A stretch of 64,000 nt of DNA, taken from the NCBI RefSeq assembly GCF_006345805.1, contig NC_042999.1, positions 129,270,001 to 129,334,000 on the forward strand, written 5' to 3'. Positions 1 through 14,700 of the stretch are shown piece by piece. This stretch comes from Octopus sinensis. Lineage: Eukaryota. Every line of letters begins with the position of its first letter. The first letter of the stretch is position 1. A program made the position numbers and the translations under genes. The notes under the pieces were generated by a model that was given only the letters and a program-made list of their open reading frames with translations, searched no databases and was not told the origin of the DNA.

Positions 1-1253
1 GTGTAACTCCTTGTTTTAAAAATTTTCTTTTGATTTAAAAACAATGCATCTTATAAAAAAATCAAAGATAGTTAAGTTATATGTATCTTTTCAATGTCCG
101 AGTTAACTCGTTTAAATCCAAAAAGTACATTTTAATTTCTATAATAAAAAATAAAGGAAACAAGATAAAAAACTTTCTTTTCTAATTAACACAGTGTATA
201 TAATTAAAAAAGTGAGTAAAAAAATATGCTCTGAAATGAAATGCCATGTCAAAATAATTGATCCATTAAGGGGTTAAAAGGACCTTGAAATACTAAATGC
301 TCTGCACATTCTAAGGCTATAAATGGAATCCAATGACTGGTGTAGGAGCCACAATCCAGGCATTGGAGTGATAAATATTGGTGCTAAAAAGGCCAAAAAC
401 AAAATGATTTTGTTTTAATTGGTTAAATGTATAATGTGAACTTCAGAAATAAACTAACTGTAAATGAATTGAGTAAATTCATTGAGTATAAAAAAAAGCG
501 TAGAATGATGCATTTGAAAGAGACAATAGTACTAGCATAGATAAGTAAAATGTATGAATAATGAGTATTGAATGAAAATGTACTGCAGATAGCAGCAGAA
601 GTTAATTGAAGCAGAGCTTTGCTAAGAATAAAAGCAGCTAGGTTAAATGACAATTGGATGTATTCTGTTCTGCAAATCCATCCAACCCATGTCAGCATTG
701 TAAAAGTTAACAACAACAAACAAAATCTCTGGCTGCATATGGCAATTGTGACCTTGTATATCTCAACAGATGATATATAAATAGAAATTGTTGAATCTTA
801 CTCAGTGGTTGTTATTTAGAAAGATACCTAACCTTCAAATATTCAATCCCAACATGTTGTTTACTTCAAATGATGTTACTATGTTATTACACGTTATAAC
901 TAAACTGCTCGCAAAATTAATCTTTACTTCACTTCAGTAAGTTAGTGATGTGGGAATACTTTACTTCATGATCTCTTCATCTTTTAGTTGTTTCAGTCAT
1001 TAGACAGCGGCCATGCTGGGACACCACCTTGAAAAATTTTAGACGGATGGATTGACCCTAGTAATTATTATTTTTTTAAAGCTTGGTACTTATTCTATCA
1101 GGCTCTTTTGCTGAACCACTAAGTTACAAGGATATAAACATACCAACAGCGGTTGTGAAGTGGTGGTGGGGGACAAACACAGACACAAAGACACACACAC
1201 ACACACACAAACCACCACCTCTCTTTATATATACATATACTTACATATATATA

Positions 1254-2533
1254 TTGGGTCATCCCATAAATAATGCATTTTTTTAATACTTTTATTTTTC
1301 AAATTTAAGATAAACAAAATTCATTTTTAATCTAAAATATACCCTCCTTCATCTTCTACAATGCTCTTTCATTTATCTGGTAGACTTGCAGGCCCCCTTT
1401 TCCAAAATCCACTTGTCCATGACGAAAAATACTCCTCCAGTATTGTTCTGACCTCATCTACAGAATTCATATTTTTTCCATCCAAATGATTTTGAAGACT
1501 GCAGAATAAATGATAATCAGATGGGGTAATGTCCAGCAAAAATGGTGGGTGGGGTATCGTTTCTCATTCAAACTGCTCCAGCCTTTGGAATGTCATCCTT
1601 GCTGTATGTGGCCGAGCATTATCCTGATAGAAAAACACCTTTCATCTTGAAACGAAAGGTGGTTGTCTTTTTTCTAGTACTGACTTAAGCCGCTCAAGCT
1701 GCTCATGGCAGATCTCCTTTGTTATCATTTGGTTTAGATTTAAAAGTCTAAAGTGGACTAAACCTTTCATATCCCACCTAACAGATAACAACACCTTATG
1801 TTCGTGAAGACCTTCTGTAGCCAGGGGTTCTGGTGTTTCTCCTTTCCCTACCCACTGTCTTTGGCACTTGACATTTTTATAGAGAACCCATTTCTTATCA
1901 CCAGTCACTATTTAGCGTAAAAAAAGGTTCATTCATGAGACGTGACAGCAAGAAGAGCACACATTCACTCACTGCATGCGGTTAGACTTGGGAAGTTAGT
2001 GAGGAACCCATTGACCCAATTTGCTGACTTTTCTAATGGCGCACAGGTGTCGATAAATGGTTGAATGACCAAATCCAAGCTTCTCTGCTAGTTCCTTAAC
2101 AGTTACGATGGGATTTTGTTCCACCAGAGTTTGCAGAACTTCCTCATCAAGCTCTACAAATCTTCCAGGATGTGGCTCATCTTCTAGGCTGTAATTTCCA
2201 GCTCAGAATTTCTGGAACCACTCTCAACACTGGCTTACACTTATTATCCAATCCCCATATACTGCATTAATATTCCTTGCACTTTCCATTCTGTTGTTGC
2301 CTTTACTGAACTCATAAAGCAAAATATATGGAATATGCTTCTTCGTCACTTCCATTATAGCTTTAAAAAAATAAGTGTTAAAATCGAACTGCACTCTTCA
2401 AAACTTGCACTAAGAATAAGTACAAGGTAAACTTACTAACTGCTTTTATAGCAAGTTGATGCAGGTAGTTTATCCCATCCCCTCCGACTTTTAGTTCATG
2501 CAATTGAAAAAAATGCATTAGTTATGGGATGAT

Positions 2534-2537
<4 letters not shown>
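1254..2537 (-). mobile_element. Full-length but inactivated mariner (DD34D) transposon, 1284 bp
   Basis: TA-flanked terminal inverted repeats of about 30 bp (ttgggtcatcccataaataatgc / gcattagttatgggatgatccta). Transposase motifs TGDKKWVLY (ORF 1642..1908), QDNARPH and a decayed YSPDLAPSDY (LLDITPSDYHLF) are split by frameshifts. Confidence 0.92.
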
Positions 2538-2606
<69 letters not shown>

Positions 2607-4354
2607 TACATACACACACACTCCTTCCTCCTCCCCTCTGCTTTTATGATTCTATCTCTCTCACTGTGTGTGTGAATGAAGCATTCATTTACACATTGCC
2701 TGCCACTCATCCTGCATCACTTATGTTAACCTTCTCTGTATCATTCTTTTACTTTCTGTTCCTCCCACTCTCTAGGAATTTTGCATTTTAAATGTGATAC
2801 TTAAAAATTAAAGCAATACCAATATTAAAAACTACAACCAAAAGGCCATAACACAGTTGTTCATCCTACTAGATTAACAGTCATATTCCATCAAATCACA
2901 TTCAATTGTTTAATGAAAAGAAAGCCATATTGATCAATATAATCATTGATATACAAAAAAGATATGACTTTGATGATAAGGTTGCTCAACTAGGGTAGAT
3001 TTGGACTAAACAACAAGTACAAAAATAACATAATCCCTATATTCTAAGTCCCTATCTTCATGCATATCTCTAAAATTACCTACCACATTATTCAAAGGAA
3101 GGCTACATTGGGTAGTGTAGTCTTAGATAGGTTGTGTCTGAAAGAAAAGAAATACATTATGCTTATGCCTGGAACTATTTTTATGGTTATGCCTGGAACA
3201 TAGATTGGTTCAGATAGAGATGGCCTAGGAATAAACAATGTATGTAACCCTAATATCAATGAATGATGAACATAATGGAATCTTTCAGAACATCACCAAT
3301 GAAAGCAGCAGACAGGCTTCACTGTTAAATAAATGAATGTAGTGGCTAGACAAAGAAGAATCTTGAGCTACAGGTGGTTAATTATTGATATGGGAATACA
3401 ATTAAGTTGATAGAAATGATGAACACCACTTAGTGACAAATGTTAATGACTTTACAGTTTGAAAAGGCCTTCTTGTAACTACCTGATAGATAGGAATGCT
3501 GCTGCTAAATGCAGCTGTTGAGAACAATCTTGGTCCCACTCATTATACATGTGACATTTACAACACAGACATCAACAAATTATAAATAAAAACTCCATAC
3601 ATTTTTTTCAGTTTGAACTGAAATTAATTTTTTCTGCATCAAAAAAAATGTGTTTACATTCTTATTTAACCCACAGTATGGCTTTATGATATTTGGGTTT
3701 ATTTCAGTTCTTCTGATATATAAATAAATAAATGCACCCTTTTAAAGCCTAGACAGGCTCATGGGCCCGGTTTCCTAGTTTCAATTGTGTATATGTTCCC
3801 CAGCTGGATGGGACGCTAGTTTGTTGCAGTGTTACTCATTTTTGCCAGCTGAGTGGACTGGAGCAACGTGAAATGAAGTGTTTTGCTCAAGAACACAACA
3901 AGTCACCCGGTCCAGGAATCAAAACTACAATCTTATGATCATGATGCTGACACCCTAATCCCTAAGCCAGGTGCCTCCACTCTTTTGATATATGCTGGAT
4001 TGTAAATATGCAGGTTGGGCTATCCACTAGTGCAAATATGCAAGTTGGGCTATCCACTAGTGCTAGCTTAATTTGTGACAGCTTTATAAGCAGCTGATCT
4101 GTGATTGCAGAAGGAAAGTAGGTACATCTTCACCAAGGAACAGTCCACAAACCATGAAACAGTCCATCAGAAGATTCTTTCACTCTTTTTTCCACACATT
4201 GGTAGCTGAGAATGAATGTGTTTAACTCACAGTGTAGTTTTATAATTTATTTCAGTTCTTCTAATTTACACTGTGTTGTGCATAAATAATCTTCCAGTTG
4301 TATACATATTAGTACTACTATTATAACTTGATGTAAGTTCTAATTTCCAATCAG

Positions 4355-4918
4355 CATTAGCGACAGAAGAAGCAACGTCACCCCGTCTCCTATTCCCAAC
4401 TGTCTATGGGGAGAGACTGGAGCTTACATAGAAGTCAACTCTAAAAGGTAAACGGATGGAAATGGTAATGATAATGCCATCTGCAAATGAGTCAATTTTG
4501 GGTTGTTTTTTTTTCCTTTCTGGGTCATACATTTCCTTTCTGTATGTTTTTATGGTTTTATTTTGTTTAACCCTTTAGCAGTTAAACTGTCCATTTCTGG
4601 CCCAAATATTCTACCTGTTTTATGTTGTAACTCTCACTCCTACTTTACCATGTATTTCTGAAAATATACCCTCACATCATTGAAATTTTGAAGTCATGTG
4701 GTAATGTATGATTGATTGAAAACAATGTAAATAAATAAGCATTACAAGAGATAGATTGGTTGTTAAAGGGTTAATGCCCATTTAAGATCATGGAAGTGAC
4801 ATTGATGGATTTATACGCTTAATAACATCAAGGTAAATTTGTACTTCATAAAACCATTGAGACTAAGTCTGGTTTTCTCTCTCTCTTTCTCTCTTTCTGT
4901 CTCAGGTCAATGAATTAA
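4355..4918 (+). CDS. Possible last two coding exons of an unidentified plus-strand gene (4355-4447 ISDRRSNVTPSPIPNCLWGETGAYIEVNSK; 4906-4918 RSMN*)
   Basis: A 93-nt CpG-retaining segment bounded by tttccaatcag and aag|gtaaac, open in a phase 2/2 frame. A very strong pyrimidine tract plus cag ends at 4905, followed by an in-frame TAA and AATAAA motifs near 5086 and 5130. No homology recognised. Confidence 0.4.
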
Positions 4919-7900
4919 GTAAAAGTACTTAAGGGATAAATCTTAAAAACACAACAAAGGAATTATTCATTCTAGAATCAATATAGCATGTCTGTACACA
5001 GTTTCATTGATTTCATATATTTATTTTAATTATTTCTCATTATGTAACATTGTCGTCTGAGTGAGTTACATGAAAACATTTAGTCAATAAAATACTGGCA
5101 TTTCACAGCAAAACATTAATTAATAATTCAATAAAACATCAAGTTGTATTTATTGACAGGAATCAATACGATATATAATAACTGAATTAAAGCTAATGTG
5201 CACAATGTAAATAATATGATTGGAATAATGGTGACAATAATGATAATGGTAAGAATAACAATGAAACTTTGGTAATGTGCAGCTACTTGTAATCAATCCA
5301 AGAGCAGGGACCAAACAATGGACAACTGTACAGTTAAGGGAAAAGAAATAAATTATTTTAGAATTATAAAATATTAATCTCAGACAGTATTCTTTTATTC
5401 GTTTCACTCATGGGACTGTGGCCATGCTGGAGCACTGTGTTGAAGGGCTTAGTTGATCAAATCAATTCCAGTACTTTTTTTATTTTTCAAGTCTGGTATG
5501 TATTCAATATAGCTTTTTTGCTGTACTGGTATGTTATGGGGATGTAAACAAACTGATACCAGTTGTCAAATGGTGGGACAACAAACATAAAGGCACACAC
5601 ACACACACATACACCCATGTGTGTGCATGTCCCCCCACCCCCGACAAGCTCCACAGAGTTACTTTCTCACAAATTCATGCTCAAAGCATTAGTCTACCCA
5701 AGGCTATAGTAGAAACCACTTGCCCAAGGTACTGTGCAGTAAGACTGAACCTGAAACTACAGGGTTATGAAGTGAACTTCTTAACCACTCAGATGTGTCA
5801 GTGTCTATCTTTTATCTTTTATCTTTCATTAGATTGTGGCCATGCTGGAGCATTGCCTTAAAGAATTTTAGTTGAACAAATCAACCGCAGTAGTTTTTTT
5901 TTTAAGCCTGGCACTTGTTTTATCAATCTCTTATGCTGAACCACTAGGTTACGGGATGTAAACACACTCACACTGGTTGTCAAGTGGTGGTAGGGAGGGA
6001 CAAACAAACACAAAGACACACATATATACATATCAAATTTCAAAATAATTTATATGTCCTAGCTGAGCAGTTTATATAATTATATAACAGCTCCAAAAGT
6101 GGTGCCCCTTTAGAAGTGTTGCCCGGGGTGGACTGCCCCTATTTCCACCCACTAGTGGGCATAGTGTAGTGGTTTGAGTGTTCAGCTCATGATTGCTGAG
6201 TTGGTGGTTCAATTCTTGATCCAGTTAGTGCATTGTGTTCTTGAGTAACACACTTCATTTCATATTACATCAGCTCACTCAAATGAAAATGATTACCAGC
6301 AACTGTTGATTGGTGAGAAGGGTTAACCTAGTGAAGGACTGGAGTTCTGTCCAATGTGAAACCTTGTGCTCTCATTCATTTAAACTTTTATCTTTTCCTT
6401 TTTTCAGTCATTAGACTGCAGCCCAGCTGGAGTGCTGTCTTGAAGAATTTTTAGTCAAATGAATTGACCCCAGTACTTTTTTTTAAAGCCTGGTACTTAT
6501 TCTATCAGTCTCACTTGCCAAACCACTAATTTATGGGAATGTAAACACACCAACACCAGTTGTCAAGCAGTGATGAGGGACAAACGCACACACACACACA
6601 CATACACACATACAACAGACGTGTTTCAGTTTCAATCTACCAAATCCATTCACAAGGCTTTGGTCAACCTGAGGCTATAGTAGAAGACACTTGCCCAAGG
6701 TGCCACACAGTGGGACTGAACACAAAACCAAGTAGTTAGGAAGCAAACTTTTCACCACACAGCCATGCTTATGCCTGTGTGATAAGGAAATTAAGATAAG
6801 CTCTGACCTAATGGGCTTGTAGGCTCAAGACAGACTTTAACTGTTTTTTTTTAATGAATTATGAATAATAACTGAACCAATTTTTGTCCTTACTAAACAT
6901 TTTAGTATGACAAAGCATAGATGTAAATGGCAAATAAAAACCAAAGATCAAGGAAATCAGTGTTGGTTTATATTAGCAAAAATTAGTTAATGAATAAGCT
7001 TTGATGCAGAGAGAATATGTAAATTTTTATATTTTGGACATTTTTCCCTCTAAGGAAGGTTACTGCCTAAAACATTGGAATTCACATCTTTCCAAGGCAA
7101 ATAGACTTATTAATATTTGGAAACTTTAAGGCAGCAGGATTGCAGAATTGTTAGCATGCTGGGTAAAATACTTAGTGGCATTTTGTCCATTTTCACGTTC
7201 TGAGTTCATATTCCACTGAGTTCATTCTTTCAAGTTTGATAAAATGAGTACCAGTGGAGCACCGAGACTGATATAATCAACTTAACCACTCCACAGAAAT
7301 TGTTGGCCTTCTGCCAAGATTTGAAACCTATACTTGGTAACTTTAAGGCAGCAGGCTAGCAGAATTGTTAGCCCATTGGACAAAATGTTTAGTTGAATTT
7401 CTTCTGGTTTTTATGTTCTAAGTTCAAATTCCATCATGATCAACTTTGCCTTTCAGCCTTTCATCCTTTCAGTACAAGTTGAGACCTGGGATTGATGTAA
7501 TCAACTAGCCCTCTCTCCCCAAATTCCAGACTTTGTGCCTATAGTAGAAAGAAATATTTGTGAACTTTAATATAGAATTATAAGAGGATGTGGCTTACTA
7601 TGAAATTAGTATCAGTCAATAGGAAAATCATTCTAATTAAATTTCTCAGTGAAAGAGCATGAAGTTATTTCACAATAAGAGGCATAGCAGGTGGGCAACG
7701 GTGGAAGTTCAGATATGAAGTAGGTACAAAATTTCCTCTTGCTTATCATGCCAGTTAATTAAGGTGGGGAACCCCAAGTAACAGATATATGAGAACAAAA
7801 TATCCTCATGCCTGTCTTTGCACCCAGGCACTGAGAACACTTGCTCCACCCACTTATCATAGTCAACAGATCCTATTTATAAATCTTAGAGCTTTACTTA

Positions 7901-8274
7901 CAAATATATTGAAGATATCATTACTGTGATATCCTGTTTTGTGAACATATGTTGCTCCACTCCTTTGATACACTCATCACAGATTCAGCTTGATATGTCT
8001 CTGAGTAAGGTACATAATTCTGCTTGCACCAGTTTCCAGGGCTCATAAAAGAGGCATTGTATTTATGCTTCACCAGTCAAGGAGTTAGAGATAGGAAGAG
8101 CAGCCAGTAGTAAAAACATTTGATCCAGACCAGCAATAAAAATTATCCAGCCAAAGTATACATGTATGTATTAGTGTATTTGTGCATGTGTGCATATAAA
8201 CAAATTCACATGAGTATGTGTGTGTGGTATATATATATATATATAGATATATATAAATATATATAAAATTATAA

Positions 8275-8581
8275 TTAAGGGTATCTAAAAGATACCATCA
8301 TAGCAGTCAAAACTTGACTCTAAAAACCACATCAAATATTCATACAGCACCAAGAAAGAAGACAAAGAGACAAAATAAATGAGCAAAAAAACCACTGGAT
8401 AATTCCAGATCCCAGATTCCTGGCTATGCAAATCTGGGATCTGGAATTATCCAATAATTTCTTGCTAGTTTATTTTGTCTCTTTGTCTTCTCTTCTGGTG
8501 CTGTATGAATATTTGATGTGGTTTTAGAGTCAAGTTTTGACTGCTATATCTAGCAATATGGTATCTTTTAGATACCCTTAA
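8275..8581. mobile_element. Foldback (near-perfect palindromic) MITE-like element with TTAA at both ends
   Basis: Arms of about 145-155 bp are reverse complements around a loop of about 13 nt. Termini are TTAA-GGGTATC...GATACCC-TTAA. Confidence 0.85.
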
Positions 8582-8685
8582 ATATAATTTCAATAATAAT
8601 TATTACCAATGAGGTTTTTACTCCCATGCTAGCTACTTGATATGATCGGTATTTTAAATAATGATCTTATCCTTATTTATATATA

Positions 8686-9079
8686 TCTTTATATATAAAA
8701 GTGAGGTTGTGTGCTGTCTGTCTCCTACGATTTAGATTCCTAACTACTCCCACATTTTGCGGTGCAGTTTAACCAAAACCGGGTATCTTATTGTCGTGAT
8801 TCATACCGAGCCCTTCTGGGTATTAGCGCATGTCTACGATGAGTCTATGATTTAAAAAAAAATTTACCATCAATTTTTCCCATTTTTAATGCATTTTTGG
8901 CATATATAAGGGAAGTAACTCTCTAAAAATTTATTATTAAATCTCAGAACGTAAAAAGCTACAGTAACACACCCTCCTTTGTGGTTAGCCATATTGTGAT
9001 GGCTATTATACTTTACATCTCTAAAAATGCTTATATAGTTATTTCCCTTACAAACCCGAGCAACGCTGGGCAATACTGC

Positions 9080-9082
<3 letters not shown>
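8686..9082 (+). mobile_element. Non-autonomous Helitron-type element (397 bp)
   Basis: 5' TC, 3' CTAG, subterminal hairpin CCCGAGCAACGCTGGG, inserted between A and T. A second copy lies at 32123-32519. Confidence 0.85.
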
Positions 9083-9126
<44 letters not shown>

Positions 9127-9954
9127 GGGTTGGTCAATAGTCACCTGACAGAAAATCAAAACCATTTAATTTGAAGATTAAAACAAAAAATTATTTTATA
9201 TGAGACTTCGCTTATAAATAGGCAAATGTTGAAAAAAAGCAGTGATTATTAACTCACAGCATTCAATTATTAAACATTCATAACTGGAATGAATAAATAA
9301 AATTGAATTAAACATTACATTTTGCCCGGTGTACCGATATTCTGTAACTTGTTTATATTTATTAATCCACATCATTAGTTGACAGCAGTGTGGTGTTTAG
9401 AGTGATAAAGAACATGAAAGTAAAGAAAGCTGCTGATCCAGCAGTGATAGTAGCTTTGATACTCAAAATATCTGGTGAAGTAGGATACATGATAGTCATC
9501 TGAATTCTTAATCAAGTAATACAGGGTGTCCTACTCAATGACTAGCATAGCAGTAACATTGTAAATGGCTACAAGGGTAAAGGATTTGTGGTAGAGAGAA
9601 GGAATTATAGCACAATTGATTAAGAATAGAGTTAGACTTGATGAATTGTGGTTCAGTTTTATTTTCCAGAAAAGGTACCACAAGAACTTAGCTTAGAGCA
9701 AACCAATATACCTGGCCTTCAATGATTTGAATTGTGCCACACTATAACGTGATGGGCACTCAGGAAACTATGTAAATGAATGGCTTGTGAGTGCTGTACA
9801 AGCTAAGTGCAAAGACACAGTGAGTGAAAGTTAGCAATGAGTTCTGCTATGAATTTAGCATAAAGATAAATATCTATCAAGGACTGACAGAGTTGCATGT
9901 GGCACTTGAGGCTGTTATCTTTGTGAGTCCTGTATCCTAATTTTTTTGACATAT

Positions 9955-11730
9955 AATGAAAATTTCTAGAACCTTTGGCAGAAACTGTTTGGTGGGAAAA
10001 TTCATAAAATTTACTGCCAAGTCTTCTACTATTTGATGATAAGGCAGTAGATCTGATAGGCTGAATCATGTTCACATAGGCATTAATGCCACTTCTGGTG
10101 GGACAATTAATTTCTTGTAGCTGACATTTATTTTTTATGGCAATGCAGTTGGACCACAGTTCTAAACTGGGGATCTGAGTGAGGTGTTTCAAAACTTAGC
10201 AGGAACCTTGCTACAGGCATCTTCTTGCGATGAGTTTGTTATAAAACAAATAGAACAAAGGTGTGTGTGTGTGTTACATAAAAGAAAATTAGCAGGTAGA
10301 ACATGAAAACAAATACAAGCTGAAAAAAGACATGATGAATGTGCTAGCAAAATGAATGTGAAATAGTGCAGGAATTATAGTTTAGGGTTGAAATATATGT
10401 AGAAATAACAGTACTGTACATGTGTGTAACAGAATGCATGCATGTTTGTTGTAAGAGTGCACAAGTCCAAACAAACATGCAGAAAAATTCAAGTACCCTT
10501 AGAAAATAGAAACATTTATGTCAAAAATGGATTGCGAAACCCATTGCAAAGCAACAGAACAGAGTGTGATATATGTGCATAATGAATGGTGTGTATATTG
10601 CAGCAGAGAATAAGACACCAAGAAAAAGACATAAGCACATAAATTGTTCACCAGCCACACGTGAGATTTTAAGTCAAAAATGAGGCATTCTGCAGAAAGT
10701 TGAACATAACAATGCCTTTTATTTATTTATCATCATGAGGTGAGCAAGACATTGCAGGGCAAAAACTACTGTCAACATAATGAAATGTAATGTGCTGGTA
10801 GAAGTGTATAAAAAATAGTATACAGAGACAGAGAAGACAAGTTAGATCCTCACAAAGAAAGGTATTTATGTTCATGAGGCAAAGTATGTATGTGTGCATA
10901 AAGTAAGAATTTAAAACATAAACAAATTCAAAATGATTTAAAATGCATAGTATAGCATTGATGAAACAAATGACTGGAATATGTAGTGGAAATGCCAATT
11001 TGATAATTTATAAAAATATTTTCTACCAACGCACAAGAAAAAGGGTTACTGAGAACTGGGTAGAAATAGCAGTGAAATGCCATTATTTACTGTGATTATA
11101 TGGTTTGTTATGGTCACCATTTAAGTTAGTATAGACACAGGTTTTACCAATTTACTAGGTCATCATTCTTGTGGGTCTTAGTCATTAACATGTCATTGGC
11201 AGTACACAATATTAGGTAGGCTGCATGTGAATGTCAGAATGATCAAATTAATACTTCTGTAAGTTACCGTATTTTTTATGGAAATATTTGCATTTATATA
11301 TCTGCAACAATTATTTAAATAAAACAGCACATATGAGATAATATGATAATTACAAATCTTCATCACATAAAATATTTTAGTTATGTGAAAATTGCTCACT
11401 CTGTCACAAAACTGACCAACAAAGTTCTGTAGTACCTGAGGTTGTTCTCTTTGGGAGTTCAATATCTCAGGCTTTATAATACTCACTTAAATATTCTAGA
11501 ACCTTTGGCAGAACTATTTAGTGGGAAAATTCACCAAATTTGCTTTCAAGTCTACTACTGTTTGGTTACACAGCAGCTGATCTGATTGGTTGAACCATGT
11601 TCATGGAGGGCTTAGTGCCACTTCTGGTGATACAGTTAATTTCTTGTAGACAGCCTTTGCCTTTTATGACAATATAGTTAGGCCATGGTTCTGAACAGGA
11701 GATCTAAATGAAACTTTGCTCCAAGTGAAA
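9955..11730 (-). repeat. Two diverged copies (about 9955-10200 and 11490-11730) of one block, probably an old LINE fragment
   Basis: Both share ttctagaacctttggcagaa..gtgggaaaattca..gccacttctggtg..ttaatttcttgtag. Confidence 0.55.
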
Positions 11731-14700
11731 GAGGAACCACAAATGGATAATTACAAAAAGTACTACAAAAGTTTATAACTGATGTGCAGCTGTTGCATGC
11801 CAACTTTTGAGAACAGCCTCATTCACCTAAAATTGACTTATCCATTTAAATCAAGTTGGTGCTAAGTTATTACGTATGACCTGCTTTGTGTTCTACACTG
11901 TGTTGAAAATATTGAGAAGTCTTACAGCTACCTCTACGGGTCATAATAAAAGGAAAAATAAATAGATATTTATTTGTATTGCAGAATGCTGTTGGAAAAT
12001 CTCAACAGTAATGTGAATGTGAAATAGTAGAGTAAGAAATCTGGCATTGGAACAACGATCAAATATGACATTAAGAAACAAACATAGAATCTGCTGAAAT
12101 TCTAATTAATGATGATGATGATGATATGCTTTACATCGTTTAAAAGGTGTCCACAGATAAAATGCTTGTGTGGATTTGGCACATGGTAACTGAAGGAAGC
12201 CTGTTGTATGTATGTAGGTATGTGTGAGTGCAAGCTCATGTATCTGTATATTTGTTTATATTTGTGCTTCTACAAAAATCTCTGAGCTACAAGCAGTGAT
12301 GTTGTTATTTCCCCTGTTGACAAATAAGTAACACACTGGTTTTGCACAGTTAGAGATGTGTGGAATACGAATAAAAGATCCCTTACAAGCCTAATAAATA
12401 AAGAAATGCAAGGGTTACCAAGGGAAATCAGATGTAGAAGCAAACTGTTTTGGTTTGGTAGTTTGCAATTCTGGAGTGAAGCCTAATCTTTGGAATACAG
12501 TTTTAGCAATATTACAGATGTCTGATTATTATGAAAGTGTGTTAGAAATTTTGAGACATTGCATTTGTAACTGGAGGAGTTTAGCTCTTGTTGTGCCCAG
12601 AGAATGTTTTGTTATTGTTGTAAAAAAAGTTCATGGTTGTTATTTATTGTCCACAAACAGCTGAGATTTAAAGGAAAAATATTCAAAGAACACCTAAATT
12701 CCTAAAAGGAAATTTCATCAGAACATTTTGAAGTAAAAAAGTTTTAGAGTAAATCTCTTGGAATTTTCTTTAATAGCAGTAGATTTTGGATTTTGTTTGC
12801 TAGTAGTTACATCACAATGTTACATGAGGAAGCCTGTTTGTTGAACTCTGAAATTTGTTTCTTATCAAGATAATTTAAAATGAAAATATCAGTTTGTCAG
12901 GGAAAACATTTCTTATCTTTATATATACTGAGAATATTCAGTTGAATCCTTTCGAGGATGAGACATAGTTATTTATGCATGAAAGCCATATTGATACAAT
13001 GGCAATGGTTGTATCATCAGTTAATGATAAGGTAGTAAGTTATAAAACTAAAATAGAATAAAATATGAGATTAGAGTAAAAGTAAACCAAGAGATCCATG
13101 GTGAAAGTAATAAACACTTTGAACTTTTAAAATTTGACATTACTTGGATATAAGGACACTTCCTACAGAAATTAATATGCCCATTAAGAAAAGAACAGAT
13201 CTCACAAAGAAAGTCTATGAATTACAAATACTCATTAAAGTGAAACTGAAATTAATAACCGTATACATACCAAGATTAAGAAATTTTCCCCAGGTGAACA
13301 AGTATATATTTAGTAGAAGGATGTATATCTCAATTCATAGCAACTATTGTTGAGTTTTTGTCTTGGGTGAAGAGCAGACAAACAGTAAGTAATAGCTTAA
13401 AGTTCTGCCAATCACTCACTGCTCACTATAAAATGGAAGAAAAGTGTGGCTACCAGACTAAACAAGTATATTGATTAAATATGTATTACCTACATCAACA
13501 ATAGAGTTGTTATTATTCTATAATTTCTTCCATTTTTTTTTATATATGTATGCTATTATATTATTTATATGGTGCTTCAATGTTTTTTTCTGCTATATAG
13601 TTGATATGTGTGTCTGTATGATGTACGAGCAAAATGCCCACCCCTCCGTCCAATGGATGGTGCTGAGTTGTCAAACATTTAAACCAAATTTTCTCAAAAC
13701 AACTTGTCTGACCATCCCATAGGCCTCCTCTTTGAGAAACACTGATTTAACCTAAATTTGAGACACCAGGAAAACGATTTTACAAATGCATGTTCCTACA
13801 GCTTTATCGATTGCATTCTCACCTGGAATTGATTTTTGCAATTTTTTCAAGACTTATACATGCCCTGATACCGTTGGTATCTACATATCAAATTTGAGCG
13901 CAATTGGATGGAGGATGCCTGAGATCCTAGAAGACACACAGACAGACAGAACAGATTTTATATAATAGATATGCACATGTCATATTTCAGTACATTTTGG
14001 TTACCATTATCAGGTATCATTACATCATTTTTAAAGAAAGAACATCTCAGCACAAATGGTAAATACTATTCCAGGTATCTAATGAATCAAATATTTCCTG
14101 GTGATACTGATTTACTAAATTGAATGTTTGCAAGAATTTTCCCAATATCAAATGTTCCAAATGGTTGGACACTAAGATACTTTTTAATAGTGTCATTGTT
14201 TGAATTGCTTCTTTTAAAGCATCTAGTTTAGTGCTTTATAATTCTACATTCTTAGTTGCTGGGATCTGCTTCACTTTCATCTCTGTAGTCAATAAAAGTA
14301 TCAGTGAGATGTTAAGATCAGTTTAATGCACTGTATATCTTTCCTTAACATAAACTGGATAAGAGTTTACTCAAAAGAAAACCATTATTAGAAATTCTTG
14401 ATACAAGCACAAACATGGGTGTGTGATTATGAAGCTTGCTTTGCAACTGCATAATTTAAGGTTCAGCTCCACTGCATGGTACTTTGGACAAATAGTCTTC
14501 TACTATAGCTCTGGGTCAACTAATGCCTTGTGCATATGCATATATATATACATACAACCCATATATCTTTCTCACTCTATATACCCACATGGACCATTTT
14601 CATATTAGCTAACCACTTAACTTTATTCCTTCAACATGGATGCAACATTCAACATGCTGCCTGGGTTTACCTGGGATCATTTATACCTAACGGCCTATAC

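Noticed and set aside
820-936. 117-nt open segment ending at a gtaagt donor, in phase with the 4355 candidate exon
   Set aside because: The acceptor is weak, the composition is AT-rich and non-coding-like, and there is no recognisable homology. Too weak to call without RNA data.
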